The notes under the pieces: model-generated
Told to the model about the DNA's origin: nothing
Databases searched by the model: none
Seen by the model: the letters and a program-made list of their open reading frames with translations, nothing else
In this document: piece after piece, positions 1 to 11,215 of the stretch
Numbering within the stretch: position 1 is the stretch's first letter
Layout: the number at the start of each line of letters is the position of its first letter
Translations under genes and position numbers: made by a program
Source of the DNA: Squalus acanthias
Lineage: Eukaryota
Assembly (NCBI GenBank): GCA_030390025.1
Contig: CM059438.1
Location: forward strand, 62,250,001-62,314,000
DNA length: 64,000 nucleotides
Reading direction: 5' to 3'

Positions 1-85
1 AACGGATCTGACAAATTATGGGGACTCGCTGTCTGGCTGGTGGTTGCTGTGGAAACGCTTTAATCCTTGGGCAGCAAAAGTGAAG
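1..85 (+). CDS. PNPLA7: PNPLA7 (NTE-related esterase) internal coding exon, 5' end outside window
   Basis: Frame from nt 2 reads [28 protein letters not shown], then donor AAG|GTAAGT at 86 (phase 0). Matches the recalled PNPLA6/7 C-terminal region. Confidence 0.92.
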
Positions 86-511
86 GTAAGTAAAATTTTT
101 AAAAATGAATGTGTAGCACTATTGGCAGCCTTGTGCTTGAGGAAGGGTTGGTGGGTGTGGCATGGAATTAGTGTGGCAAACACGATCAAATGAGCAATGA
201 CAGCTGCCACCATAATTCTACAGAACTCTGCCTTTGCACTTGCTGTGTTTGATGACCTTAATACAGTGATATAATCAGTTGCCTTTCACTTTTAATTCGG
301 TCCTGAGAGGACCTTTCCCCGCTATTGAAGCAGAATGAGACGATAAACAGGTTAGGCTCTCGGTAGAGGCCAGTGGCTTGTGTAACTCAACAGGGAACAA
401 ATATTTCCAGTTGAATGCATGATGGCTAAATCTAGCTTTTAAAGCTGATGGCCGACCTCATCTGTGTCCTGAACAGTTTGACTGTAACATGTTGTAAATT
501 AAAACCTGGTA

Positions 512-911
512 CAGGAAACTTTTGTTTATCCGGCACCCAAATATCCGGAATTCTCGCTTAACCGGCAAAAATCATCCTCCGAAAACTCCTCTCAAATAAC
601 CGGCAATGTTGCCGAGTCGCAGTCGAGTCTCCGCGAACGCCGAGTACTCCGAAAACTCCTCTCAAATAACCGGCAATGTTGCCGATCCCGAGTCAGAGTC
701 CGCGAACGCCGATTTAGTCAGTAGGGGTAGTTTTCAAAAGTGCCACTACTCGGCCTCCTGGCGCTGTCGGAAGTATACTGCACATTTCTTGATTTATTTA
801 TTTTTCTTTGTTAAAAATAGCCTCGGTAGATATAACTCTCCGTTATCCGGTACTTTCGATAAACCGGCACCACGCCGGTCCCGTCGGTGCCGGTTAATAA
901 AGAGTTTCCTG
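512..911. mobile_element. Tc1/mariner-pogo-like MITE (400 bp)
   Basis: TA flanks at 510-511 and 912-913; imperfect ~26-bp TIRs CAGGAAACTTTTGTTTATCCGGCACC / GGTGCCGGTTAATAAGAGTTTCCTG; internal ~70-bp tandem duplication. Confidence 0.8.
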
Positions 912-925
912 TACGTAGAGGATAC

Positions 926-1075
926 AAGTGAGAAGTCGCACAACACCAGGTTATAGTCCAACAGTTTTATTTGAAATCACAAGCTTTCGGAGCGCTGCTC
1001 CTTCATCAGGTGAAGTGAAGAAATACAAATGGGCACAGCATATATAGACAGAGAACAATGCCAGACGACTACAGT
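926..1075 (-). mobile_element. Penelope-like pseudo-LTR fragment with hammerhead motif
   Basis: Nearly identical to the terminal segment of the GIY-YIG-bearing copies at 9580 and 27909. Confidence 0.8.
977..1013 (-). ncRNA. Minimal type I hammerhead ribozyme motif
   Basis: Minus strand reads TCAC-CTGATGA-A-GGAGC-AGC-GCTCC-GAAA-GCTT-GTGA: core boxes, helix II and helix I (TCAC/GTGA). Confidence 0.75.
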
Positions 1076-1324
1076 TTTTCCTTTTCAAGTATTTATCTCA
1101 TAGAGGATACAACATGGGGACAGGCCATTTGGCCCAACCAGTCCGTGTTGGTGTTTACCCTCCAATCCATGTGCGCAAATAGTTGTAATCACATTTACCC
1201 ACCCATGTCCCGTATCCCTTCAACCCCTTTTCCTTCATCCGCCTATCCAATCTAATCTTGGATGTTGACACAGTTTATGCCTCAACCACTAATCCCGGAA
1301 GTCAATTCAACAGTCTCGCAACTC

Positions 1325-4300
1325 TCAACAACAACTTGCATTTATGTAGCCCCCGTGATGTAACTAAAAACTACCAAGGCACGCCACAGGGAGCGTTATC
1401 AGACAAAATATGATACTGTGCCGCATAAACAGATATTAGGACAGGAGACCAATAGCTTGGTCAAAGTGGTAGCTTTAAGGAGCAACTTAAAGGAGGAGAG
1501 AGAAGGGTGGTGAGGTTTACGGAGGGAATTCCGGGGCCCAGGCAGCTGAAGGCATGGCCGCCAATGGTGGAGTGGAGGAAATCGGGGATGCGCAAGCGGC
1601 CAGAATTGGAGGAGCGCAGAGATCTCGGAGAGTTGTAGGGCTGGAGGAGGTTACAGAGGTGGGGAGGGGCCAGGCTATGGGGGGATTTGAACACGAGAAT
1701 TTTTAATTCGAGGTGCTGCCGGTCCGGGAGCAAATGTAAGTCAGCGAGCACAGTGGTGATGGGTGAACTGGACTAGGTTTGAGTTCAGATAATGGCAGCA
1801 GAGTTTTGGATGAACTCAAGTTTATGGAAGGTGGGAGGCTGGCCAGGAGAACGTTGGATAAGAACATAACATAAGAAGTAGGAGCAGGAGTAGGCCCTTC
1901 GAGCCTGCTCCGCCATTCAATACGATCATGGCTGATCTACCTCAATTCCACCTTCCCGCATCATCCCTATATCCCTTGATTCCCTTAATATCCAAAAATC
2001 TATAGATCTCTGTCTTGAATATACTCAATGACCTGAGCATCCACAGCTCTCGGGGGTAGAGAATTCCAAAGATTCACATCCCTTTGAGTGAAGAAATTTC
2101 TCCTCATCTCAGTCCTAAATGGCTGACCCCTTATTCTGAGACTGTAACCCCTAGTTCTAGATTCCCCAGCGAGGGGAAACAGCTTCTCAGCATCTGCCTC
2201 GTCAAGCCCCTAAAGAATTTTATGTTTCAATGAATCACTTCTCATTCTTCTAAACTCTAGGGAATATAGGCCCAATCTACTTAATCTCTCCTCAGAGGAC
2301 AATCCCCTCATCCAAGGAATCAGTCTAGTGAACCTTCGTTGTACTCCCTCTAAGGCAAGTATATCCTTCCTTAGGTAAGATGACCAAAACTGCACACAGT
2401 GCACCAGGTGTGGTCTCACCAGGGCCCTATACAACTGCAGTAAGACCTCCCTATTCTTCTACTCAAATCCCTTTGTAATAAAGGCTAACATACCATTTGC
2501 TTTCCTAATTGCTTGCTGTACCTGCATGTTAACTTTCTGTGATTTGTGTACAAGAACACCCAGGTTCCTCTGAACACCAACATTTCCCAGTCCCTCACCA
2601 TTTAAAAAATATTCTGCTTTTTTATTTTACCTACCAAAGTGGATAACTACACACTTCTCCACATTATATTCCATCTGCCATGTTCTTGTTCACTCACTTA
2701 ACCTGTCTATATCTCTTTGCAGTCTCTTTGCGTCCTCCTCACGGCTTACTTTCCCACCTAACTCTGTATTGTCAGCAAACTTGGGTACATTACACTCGGT
2801 TGGTCCCCTTACCTAAGTAATTAATATAGATTATAAATAGGTGAGGCCCAAGCACTGATCCTTGCGGTACCCCACTAGTTACAGCCTGCCAACCTGAAAA
2901 TGACCCGTTTATTCCTACTCTCTGTTTTCTGTCTGTTAACCAATCCTCAATCCACGCTAATCTATTACCCCCAATCCCATGAGCCCTAATTTTGTGTAAG
3001 AACCTCTTGTGTGGCACCTTATCGAATGCTTTTTGAAAATCTAAATACACCACATCCACTGGTTCCCCCTTATCTACCCTGCTAGTTACCACCTCAAAAA
3101 ACTCGAACAGACTTTTCAAACACGATTTCCCTTTCATAAATCTGTGTTGACTCTGCCTAATCATATTATGATTTTCTAAGTGCCCTGTTACTACATCCCT
3201 AATAATAGATTCCAGCATTTTCCCTACTACTGATGTCAGGCTAACTGGTCTATAGTTACCTGTTTTAGCTCTCCCTCCTTTCTTGAATAGCGGGGTTACG
3301 TTTGCCACCTTCCAATCTACGTGGACTGTTCTAGAATCTAGGAAGTTCTGGAAGATCAAAAACAATGCATCCACTATCTCTGTAGCCATCTCTCTAAAAA
3401 CCCTAGGATGTAGTTGACTAATACTAATTTCTTTAAGTTCCTCATTCTCACTAGACCCTTGGTTCCCTACTATCTCCGGAATGTTTTTTGTGTCCTCTAC
3501 CGTGAAGACAGATACAAAGTATTTGTTTAATGACTCTGCCATTTCCTTATTCCCCATTATAATTTCACCTGTCTCTGCCTCTAAGAGACCCACATTTACT
3601 TTCGCTAATCTCTTCCTTTTTACGTACCTATAGAAGCTTTTACAATCTTTTTGTCTCTCTCGCTAGTTTACTCTCATATTCTCCTTTCTCTTTCTTTATC
3701 AATTTCTTGGTCATCCTTTGCTGAATTCTAAAATCCTCCCAATCCTCAGGCGTACTACTCTTTTTGGCAACATCATAAGCCTCTTCCTTTGATCTAATAC
3801 TATCTTTAACTTCCCTTGTTAGCCAGAGTTGGACCACTTTTCCCGTGGGGGAATGTATATTCGTTGTGAATTATGAATAAATTCTTCAAATGTTTGCCAT
3901 TTCTTATCTACCGTCATATCTTTAGTTTCCCAATCTATGTTGGCCAACTCGCCCCTCATACCTACGTAATTTGCTTTGTTCAGATTTAAGACCCGAGTTT
4001 CGGATTTAACTAAATCACTCTCAAACTCGACATAAAATTCGATCTGTCGCGTCTGGAGATAACAAAGGCATGGACGAGTGTTTCAGCAGCAGGTGGGCGG
4101 AGGCAGGGGCAGAGATGGGCGATATTACGGAGGTGGAAGTAGCTGGTCTTGGTGATGGAGAGGATATGGGGCCTGCAGCTCAGCTACGGGTCAAATAGGG
4201 CGCCTGAGACAGTGGCCAAGGAGGTGGATGGAGTCAGTGGTGCGCGGACTGAGGACAATGGCTTCGGTCTTCCCAATATTTAATCGGAGGAAATTTCTGC

Positions 4301-4365
4301 GCATCCAATAATCCAATACTGGATGTCGGACAAGCAGCGTGACAAATCAGAGGCAGTGGAGAGGT
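1325..4365 (-). mobile_element. L2 LINE 3' fragment split by a CR1 insertion (L2 parts ~1325-1860 and ~4045-4365)
   Basis: ORF 1461-1751 (LADLHLLP...LAPPHLCNLLQPY) is the L2 ORF2 C-terminus. The two parts are collinear with the L2 copy at 20487. Confidence 0.8.
1861..4045 (-). mobile_element. CR1 LINE, 5'-truncated, decayed
   Basis: RT fragments (GNYRPVSLTSVVGK, LDFQKAFDKVPH, SGVPQGSVLGP, YRALVRPHL) and a CR1 3' tail with TTATGTTC-type repeats. Confidence 0.9.
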
Positions 4366-4716
4366 GCCTCTCTGTGTGAAGAAGTTTCTAATGCCCTCCG
4401 ATCTAAATCGCTGGCATTTAATCTTGGATTCTTGACCCCTCAGCTACTGGAAACAGTCTGCTTCTATCGACAACAAAAGCAAAACACTGCAGGTGTTGGA
4501 AATAAGATCAGATATAAGAACAGAAAATGCTGGAGACAGTCAGCGGGTGGGGCAGCATCTGTGGAGAGAGGAACTGAACCGCTGAACGTTGCCAGCGTTT
4601 TCTTGCTTCTATCTACATCCTTTCATAACTTTAAGCAATAACTATTATCATATCGCAGCAGCGGGCGTCACCTGCTTTAGTATCACTTGACTGTGAAGTA
4701 TGATCTGTTGTTGCAG

Positions 4717-4869
4717 GTTTTAGGCATGGCGGAGATCCAAACCCGCCTCGCTTACGTTTGCTGTGTACGGCAGCTGGAGGTGGTGAAGAACAGCGACTAT
4801 TGCGAGTACATTCGACCGCCGATTGACCGCTACGGGACACTGGAGTTTGGCAAATTTAATGAAATTGCA
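4717..4869 (+). CDS. PNPLA7: PNPLA7 internal coding exon (153 nt)
   Basis: Acceptor TTGCAG| and donor GCA|GTAAGT. Encodes [51 protein letters not shown], in phase with the previous exon. [14 protein letters not shown] and FNEI favour PNPLA7 over PNPLA6. Confidence 0.93.
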
Positions 4870-5149
4870 GTAAGTAGACTTCTGTTCTAACCCGATTTTG
4901 TCTGAATCTTGCCCGAGAGGGCTAACTAGCTCTTTACTCTTTGCGTGATTGCAACTGACAGTTAATTACCCGTCAAAAGAAAGAAAGACTTACATTTATA
5001 GAGCCTCCCTTCACGACCTCGGGACTTCTGTCAGTTCAGATTACTTCCCAAATATTTATCGTAGAGTTAGGAACGGTCAAGAGAGTTGGTGAAAACTTCG
5101 GTCATTATCTTCTCCAATGCTTTGATTGGTCATTCAGAATAGAACCTGA

Positions 5150-5363
5150 GGTCCTGGCCAATATTTATCCCTCAATCAACATCACTAAAACAGATTATCT
5201 GTTCATTATCACATTATGGGAACTTGCTGTGAGCAAATTGGCGGCCACGTTTCCTACATTACAACAGTGACTACACTTCAAAAGTACTTCATTGGCAGTA
5301 AAGCGCTTTGGGAAATCCTGAGGTCGAGAAAGGAGCTATATAATGCAAGTCCTTTTTTCTTTC
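5150..5363 (+). mobile_element. Deu-domain SINE, 3' half
   Basis: Matches the 3' half of the full copies at 22138 and 38163. Confidence 0.75.
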
Positions 5364-5388
5364 TATGTTAGCCTTTTTTTATATATCA

Positions 5389-5873
5389 GGGTATGGTAGC
5401 ATAGTGGTTATGTTATGACTAGTAATCCAGAGGTCTGGGCTAATGATCCGGAGACATGAGTTCAAATCCCACCATGGCAGCTGGGGAATTTAAATAAATA
5501 TGGAAGAAAAAGCTAGTATCAGTAACCAAGGTGACCATGAAACCATCGGATTGTCGTAAAAATCCATCTGGTTCACTAATCTGCCGTCTTTACCTGGTCT
5601 GGCCTATATGTGACTCCAGACACACAGCAATGTGGTTGACTCTTAACTGCCCTCTGAAATGGCCTAGCAAGCCATTTAGTTGTACCAAACCGCTACAACA
5701 AAGTATAATGAGAATAAAACCGGTCGGACCACCCGGCATCAACCTAGGCATCGGATTCGGACACAACAAAGGCACACCCAGCCCAGTCAACCCTGCAAAG
5801 TCTTCCTCACTAACATCTGGGGACTTGTGCCAAAATTGGGAGAGCTGTCCCACAGACTAGTCAAGCAACAGCC
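5389..5873 (+). mobile_element. tRNA-derived head running into an APE-endonuclease-like reading frame, cut by the gap
   Basis: Box A TAGCATAGTGG (5397-5407) and box B GAGTTCAAATCC (5458-5469); downstream frame ends KVFLTNIWGLVPKLGELSHRLVKQQP. Confidence 0.6.
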
Positions 5874-5966
5874 NNNNNNNNNNNNNNNNNNNNNNNNNNN
5901 NNNNNNNNNNNNNNNNNNNNNNNNNNNNNNNNNNNNNNNNNNNNNNNNNNNNNNNNNNNNNNNNNN
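5874..5966. other. Assembly gap (93 N)
   Basis: Run of N. Confidence 0.99.
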
Positions 5967-8716
5967 CACACTCTCCCCCTCCCAACGATCTCTCCCTCCC
6001 CACACTCTCCACCTCCCCACACTCTCCCCCTTCCCACGATCTCTCCCTCCCCACACTCTCCGCTCCCCACACTCTCCCCCTTCCCACGATCTCCCCCTCC
6101 CCACACTCTCCCCCTCCCCATGATCTCACCCTCCCCACACTCCCTCCCTCCCCACGATCTCCCCCTCCCCACGATCTCTCCCTCCCCACGATCTCCCCCT
6201 CCCCTCACTCACTCCCTCCCCACGATCTCTCCCTCCCCACGATCTCTCCCTCCCCACGATCTCCCCCTCCCCACGATTTCCCCCTCCCCACACTCTCCCC
6301 CTCCCCACGATCTCCCCCTCCCCACGATCTCCCCCTCCCCACACTCTCCCCCTCCGCACACTCTCCCCCTCCCCACGATCTCCCCCTCCCCACACTCTCC
6401 CCTTCCCCACGATGTCCCCCTCCCCACACTCTCCCCCTCCCCACGATCTCCCCCTCCCCACACTCTCTCCCTCCCCACGATCTCCCCCTCCCCACGATCT
6501 CCCCCTCCCCACGATCTCCCCCTCCCCACGATCTCCCCCTCCCCACGATCTCCCCCTCCCCACGATCTCCCCCTCCCCACGATCTCCCCCTCCCAACAAT
6601 CTCCTCCTCCCCACGATCTCCCCCTCCCCACGATCTCCCCCTCCCAACACTCTCCTCCTCCCCACACTCTCCCCCTCCCCACGCTCTCCCCCTCCCCACA
6701 CTCTCCCCCTCCCCACACTCTCCCCATCCCCACGCTCTCCCCCTCCCCACGCTCTCCCCCTCCCCACACTCTCCCGCTCCCCACGACCTCTCCCTCCCCA
6801 CGATCTCCCCCTCCCCGCGATCTCTCCCTCCCCACGATCTCCCCTTCCCCACTCTCCCACTCCCCACGATCTCCCCCTCCCCACGATCTCCCCCTCCCCA
6901 TGATCTACCCCTCTCCACACTCTCCCTCCCCACACTCACCCCCTCCCCACACTCTCCCCCTCCCCACACTCTCCCCCTCCCCACGATCTCTCCCTCCCCA
7001 CGATCTCCCCCTCCCCACGATCTCCCCCTCCCCACACTCTCCTCCTCCCCACACTCTCCTCCTCCCCACACTCTCCTCCTCCCCACACTCTCCCCCTCCC
7101 CACACTCTCCTCCTCCCCACTCGCCACGATCTCCCCCTCTCCACGATCTCCCCCTCCCCACACTCTCCTCCTCCCCACACTCTCCCCCTCCCCACACTCT
7201 CCCCCTCCCCACACTCTCCCCCTCTCCACACTCTCCCCCTCCCCACACTCTCCCCCTCCCCACACTCTCCCCCTCCCCACACTCTCCCCCTCCCCACACT
7301 CTCCCCCTCTCCACACTCTCCCCCTCTCCACACTCTCCCCCTCCCCACACTCTCCCCCTCCCCACACTCTCCCCCTCTCCACACTCTCCCCCTCCCCACA
7401 CTCTCCCCCTCCCCACACTCTCCCCCTCCCCACGCTCTCCCCCTCCCCACACTCTCTCCCTCCCCACGATCTCTCCCCCCCCACGATCTCTCCCTCCCCA
7501 CACTCTCCCCCTCCCCACGATCTCCCCCTCCCCACGATCTCCCCCTCCCCACGATCTCCCCCTCCCCACACTCTCCCCCTCCGCACGATCTCCCCCTCCC
7601 CACGATCTCCCCCTCCCCACGATCTCCCCCTCCCCACGCTCTCCCCCTCCCCACGATCTCTCCCCCCCCCACAATCTCCCCCTCCCCACGATCTCCCCCT
7701 CCCCACGCTCTCCCCCTCCCCACGATCTCTCCCCCCCCACGATCTCCCCCTCCCCACGATCTCCCCCTCCCCACGCTCTCCCCCTCCGCACGATCTCCCC
7801 CTCCCTACGATCTCCCCCTCCCCACGATCTCCCCTCCCCACACTCTCTCCCTCCCCACGATCTCTCCCTCCCCACGATCTCTCCCTCCCCACACTCTCCC
7901 CCTCCCCACGATCTCCCCCTCCCCACACTCTCCCCCTCCCCACGATCTCCCCCTCCCCACACTCTCCCCCTCCCCACGATCTCCCCCTCTCCCACACTCT
8001 CCCCCTCTCCCACACTCTCCCCCTCCCACACTCTCCCCCTCCCCACGATCTCCCCCTCCCCACACTCTTCCCCTCCCCACGATCTCCCCCTCCCCACACT
8101 CTCCCCCTCCCCACGATCTCCCCCTCCCCACACTCCCCCTCCCCACGATCTCCCCCTCCCCACGCTCTCCCCCTCCCCACGCTCTCCCCCTCCCCACGAT
8201 CTCCCCCTCCCCATGCTCTCCCCCTCCCCACACTCCCCCTCCCCACGATCTCCCCCTCCCCACGCTCTCCCCCTCCCCACGATCTCTTCCACCCCACACT
8301 CTCCCCCTCCCCACACTCTCCCTCCCCACACTCTCCCCTTCCCCTCGATCTCCCCCTCCCCACGATCTCCCCCTCCCCACACTCTCCCCCTCCCCACACT
8401 CTCCCCCTCCCCACGATCTCTTCCACCCCACACTCTCCCCCTCCCCACACTAATCCCCTCCCCACACTAATCCCCTCCCCACACTCTCCCCCTCCCCACG
8501 CTCTCCCCCTCCCCACGATCTCCCCCTCCCCACGCTCTCCCCCTCCCCACGATCTCCCCCTCCCCACGCTCTCCCCCTCCCCACGTTCTCCCCCCCACCA
8601 TGCTCTCCCCCTCCCCATGATCTCCCCCTCCCCACGCTCTCCCCCTCCCCACGCTCTCCCCCTCCCCACGATCTCCCCTCTCCCCACACTCTCCCCCTCC
8701 CCACGCTCTCCCCCTC
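5967..8716. repeat. 17-bp C-rich minisatellite CCCCAC(GA/AC/GC)TCTCCCCCT, roughly 160 units
   Basis: Direct tandem array; it explains all the long Pro-rich and Gly-rich ORFs. Confidence 0.97.
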
Positions 8717-8902
8717 CTCTCTGCTCCCTGGCTACGGCCCTGTGCCGCAGGCTTTCCTGCCCAACACGCAGTCTGTCAATCTGGCCGTCGGGCGGGAAAC
8801 CTGTTGAAAAAACTTAAACACCGTCCTGCAGAACATCCGGGAAACTCGGGATTCCCGTCCGGAACTCCAGCCCCATCCCCGCCCTATCCCGTAAACATCG
8901 GG

Positions 8903-9396
8903 GCCAACGTTTCAGGTCGATTGCCTTTCATCAGAACTCGATTTCAGTAAGCCTGTTGCTGGAAGGTGTGTTGATATTTTTGGTGAAGTGTCTGGCGAAG
9001 CCCAGTTTGGGGGAGCGCTGTCGATTTTGTCCAACGATCGCTCCTTAATGTAAAGAGTTGTGTCTCTTTGTTTATTTCCCCCCACTTTAGCTATTTGCTC
9101 ACTCTCTGTGCTTCGCATATGTCATTCATTTCTTTCATTCTGCCTCCTTTGGTCTAATGCGAATATCGCTCCTGCCATTTACCCATCTCCTGCTCTCCAT
9201 CTGATTCTGTCGCTTGTCCTGTGTGTGTGGTCGTTGTGTGTGTGTGTGTGTGTGTTTTCCCGTTGCCCCTGTTACTGTTCCTTTTTAAATGCTGGTCATT
9301 GCTGTAATATCTTCCAATTCTGAGGAAGGGTCGAAACCCGAAACCTTGACTGTCGCTCTCTCCACAGATGCTGCCTGGATGTTTTCTGGTTTATAG
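8903..9396. mobile_element. Old Penelope-like terminal remnant with two inverted degenerate hammerhead motifs
   Basis: Minus 8903-8938: CTGATGA-A-AGG-CAATCGA-CCT-GAAA-CGTT. Plus 9316-9351: CTGAGGA-A-GGGT-CGAA-ACCC-GAAA-CCTT, followed by the CTCTCCACAGATGCTGCC tail also seen near 4550 and 35190. Confidence 0.55.
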
Positions 9397-9480
9397 TCCA
9401 GTACAAATGCGCCATCTAGTGGGGTTGAGACGGAACTTCGGCACCGGAATCCTTGGCTGCAAAGTTCGAACGAACAGTGA
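9397..9480 (+). CDS. PNPLA7: Tentative terminal coding exon of PNPLA7
   Basis: After TTTTCTGGTTTATAG| reads SSTNAPSSGVETELRHRNPWLQSSNEQ*, resembling the recalled human tail (ESSLRHRHP). The match is short and an alternative candidate exists at 11283-11405. Confidence 0.38.
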   Translation, partial: SSTNAPSSGVETELRHRNPWLQSSNEQ

Positions 9481-9579
9481 GCGAAGGTCGAACAACACTC
9501 GGGGCGGCGATGCTCAAGTCCGAGCGGTAAACGGGCGGGTGGCGGGCGGGGCGAGTGCGGCACTGGTATCAGAGGAGTT

Positions 9580-10295
9580 ATGATGTGGAGATGTTGGACT
9601 GGGGTGGACAAAAGTGAGAAGTCGCACAACACTAGGTTATAGTCCAACAGCTTTATTTGAAATCACAAGCTTTCGGAGCGCTGCTCCTTCGTCAGGTGAA
9701 GTGAAGAAATACATATGGGCACAGCATAAATAGTCAGAACACTGCCAGACGACTACAGTTAATCTTTCTGACTGCCCTTTATCACACCTCGGCAGAGAGA
9801 CAATCACGGCAATCAAAGGTGTGGATGGTGTCCAAACAGGTCAGTCAGGAAAACATTATATCAAAGACGATAGCAAAATACAACAAAGACAATGAGGTGG
9901 GGTCACAATGGGTCAAATGTGTCAGCTGCTGGAGTCTGTATGGAAAACAAAAAGATTTTTTACTTTTTTTGCTGGAAATCACAGCAGGTCCGTCCGCATC
10001 TGTGTAGAGAGAACAAGCCAACGACGACTCGAGTCTGGATGACTCTACGTCAGGTGGGGTTACATGTAGCGTGACATGAACCCAAGATCCCGGTTGAGGC
10101 CATCCTCCTGGGTGCGGAACTTGGCTATCAGTTTCTGCTCGACGGTTTTGCGTTGTCGTGTGTCTCGAAGGCCGCCTTGGAGAACGCTTACCCGAAGATC
10201 GGAGGCTGAATGTCCTTGACTACTGAAGTGTTCCCCGACTGGGAGGTAACACTCCTGCCTGGTGATTGTTGCGCGGTGTCTGTTCATACGTTGTC
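9580..10295 (-). mobile_element. Penelope-like element, 5'-truncated (GIY-YIG C-terminus plus pLTR), 12-bp TSD
   Basis: ORF 10060-10287 (MNRHRATI...VGEHFS...EQKLIAKF...GLNRD); TSD ATCAGAGGAGTT at 9568-9579 and 10296-10307; hammerhead motif at 9663-9699. Confidence 0.9.
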
Positions 10296-10320
10296 ATCAG
10301 AGGAGTTGCCATGGGCCCCG

Positions 10321-11215
10321 GGCAGTTTACTGGGTCGTCATAGAGACATAGGAACAGGAAGTAGACCATTCAGCCCCTCGAGCCTGTTCCGCATTCAATT
10401 AGATCGCGACTGATCTGTGCCACAACTCCATTTGCCCGCCTTGGCTCCATATTCCTCGATACCCTTACCTGTCGATCTCGGTCTTGAAAACTCCAACTGA
10501 CCCAGCATACACAGCCTTTTGGGGGAGAGAGTTTTAATTTTAAGATTGTACCCGCTTGTTCTGGATTCCCCACCAGAGCAAATAGTTTCTCTGTATCTAC
10601 CCAAATGAATCCTTTTATCATTTGAAACACCTTGATCAGATCATCCCGTAATCTTCTAAAATCAAGGGAGTACAAGCCAACTCTATGCAACCTGCCCTCA
10701 TAAGTTAACCCTCTAAGCCCTGGTATCATTCTGGTGAATCTGCGCTGCACCCCCTCCAAGGCCAAATATAATCCTTCCTGAGGTGTGGTGCCCAGAACTG
10801 AACGCAGTGTTCAAGATGGGGTCTGACCAAGGTTCTGTGCAACTTAGGCATCACTTCCTCAACTTTGTATTGCAGCCCCCTTGAAATAAATATGAGAAGT
10901 CGCACAACACCAGGTTATAGTCCAACAGTTTTATTTGAAATCACAAGCTTTCGGAGCGCTGCTCCTTCGTCAGGTGAAGTCTGACCTGACGAAGGAGCAG
11001 CGCTCCGAAAGCTTGTGATTTCAAATAAAACTGTTGGACTATAACCTGGTGTTGTGCGACTTCTCATATTTGTCCCACCCCAGTCCAACACCGGCATCTC
11101 CACATCATGGCCCTTGAAATAAAGGCCAACATTCCATGAGCCTTTTTAATTGCTTTTTGTTCCCGTCGACTAGTTTTTGGCGATTTGAGTACCTGGACAC
11201 CCTTTGCTCCTCCTC
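10321..11215 (-). mobile_element. CR1 3' fragment interrupted by a Penelope mini-insertion
   Basis: ORF 10370-10765 ([15 protein letters not shown]); the sequence resumes after 11110. Confidence 0.85.
10891..11110. mobile_element. Penelope pLTR-only palindromic insertion with two hammerhead motifs
   Basis: 88-bp perfect inverted arms at 10888-10975 and 10984-11071 with an 8-nt spacer; TSD CCCTTGAAATAAA at 10878-10890 and 11111-11123. Confidence 0.9.

Noticed and set aside
606..956. 116-aa ORF with internal repeat
   Set aside because: Lies within a 400-bp MITE with a tandem duplication; no transposase motifs.
6120..8687. 777-aa Pro-rich and 747/583-aa Gly-rich ORFs
   Set aside because: Translations of a 17-bp minisatellite that lacks stop codons in several frames on both strands.
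5967..8716. Possible CRISPR-like array
   Set aside because: Contiguous tandem units with no unique spacers, no cas genes, eukaryotic context.
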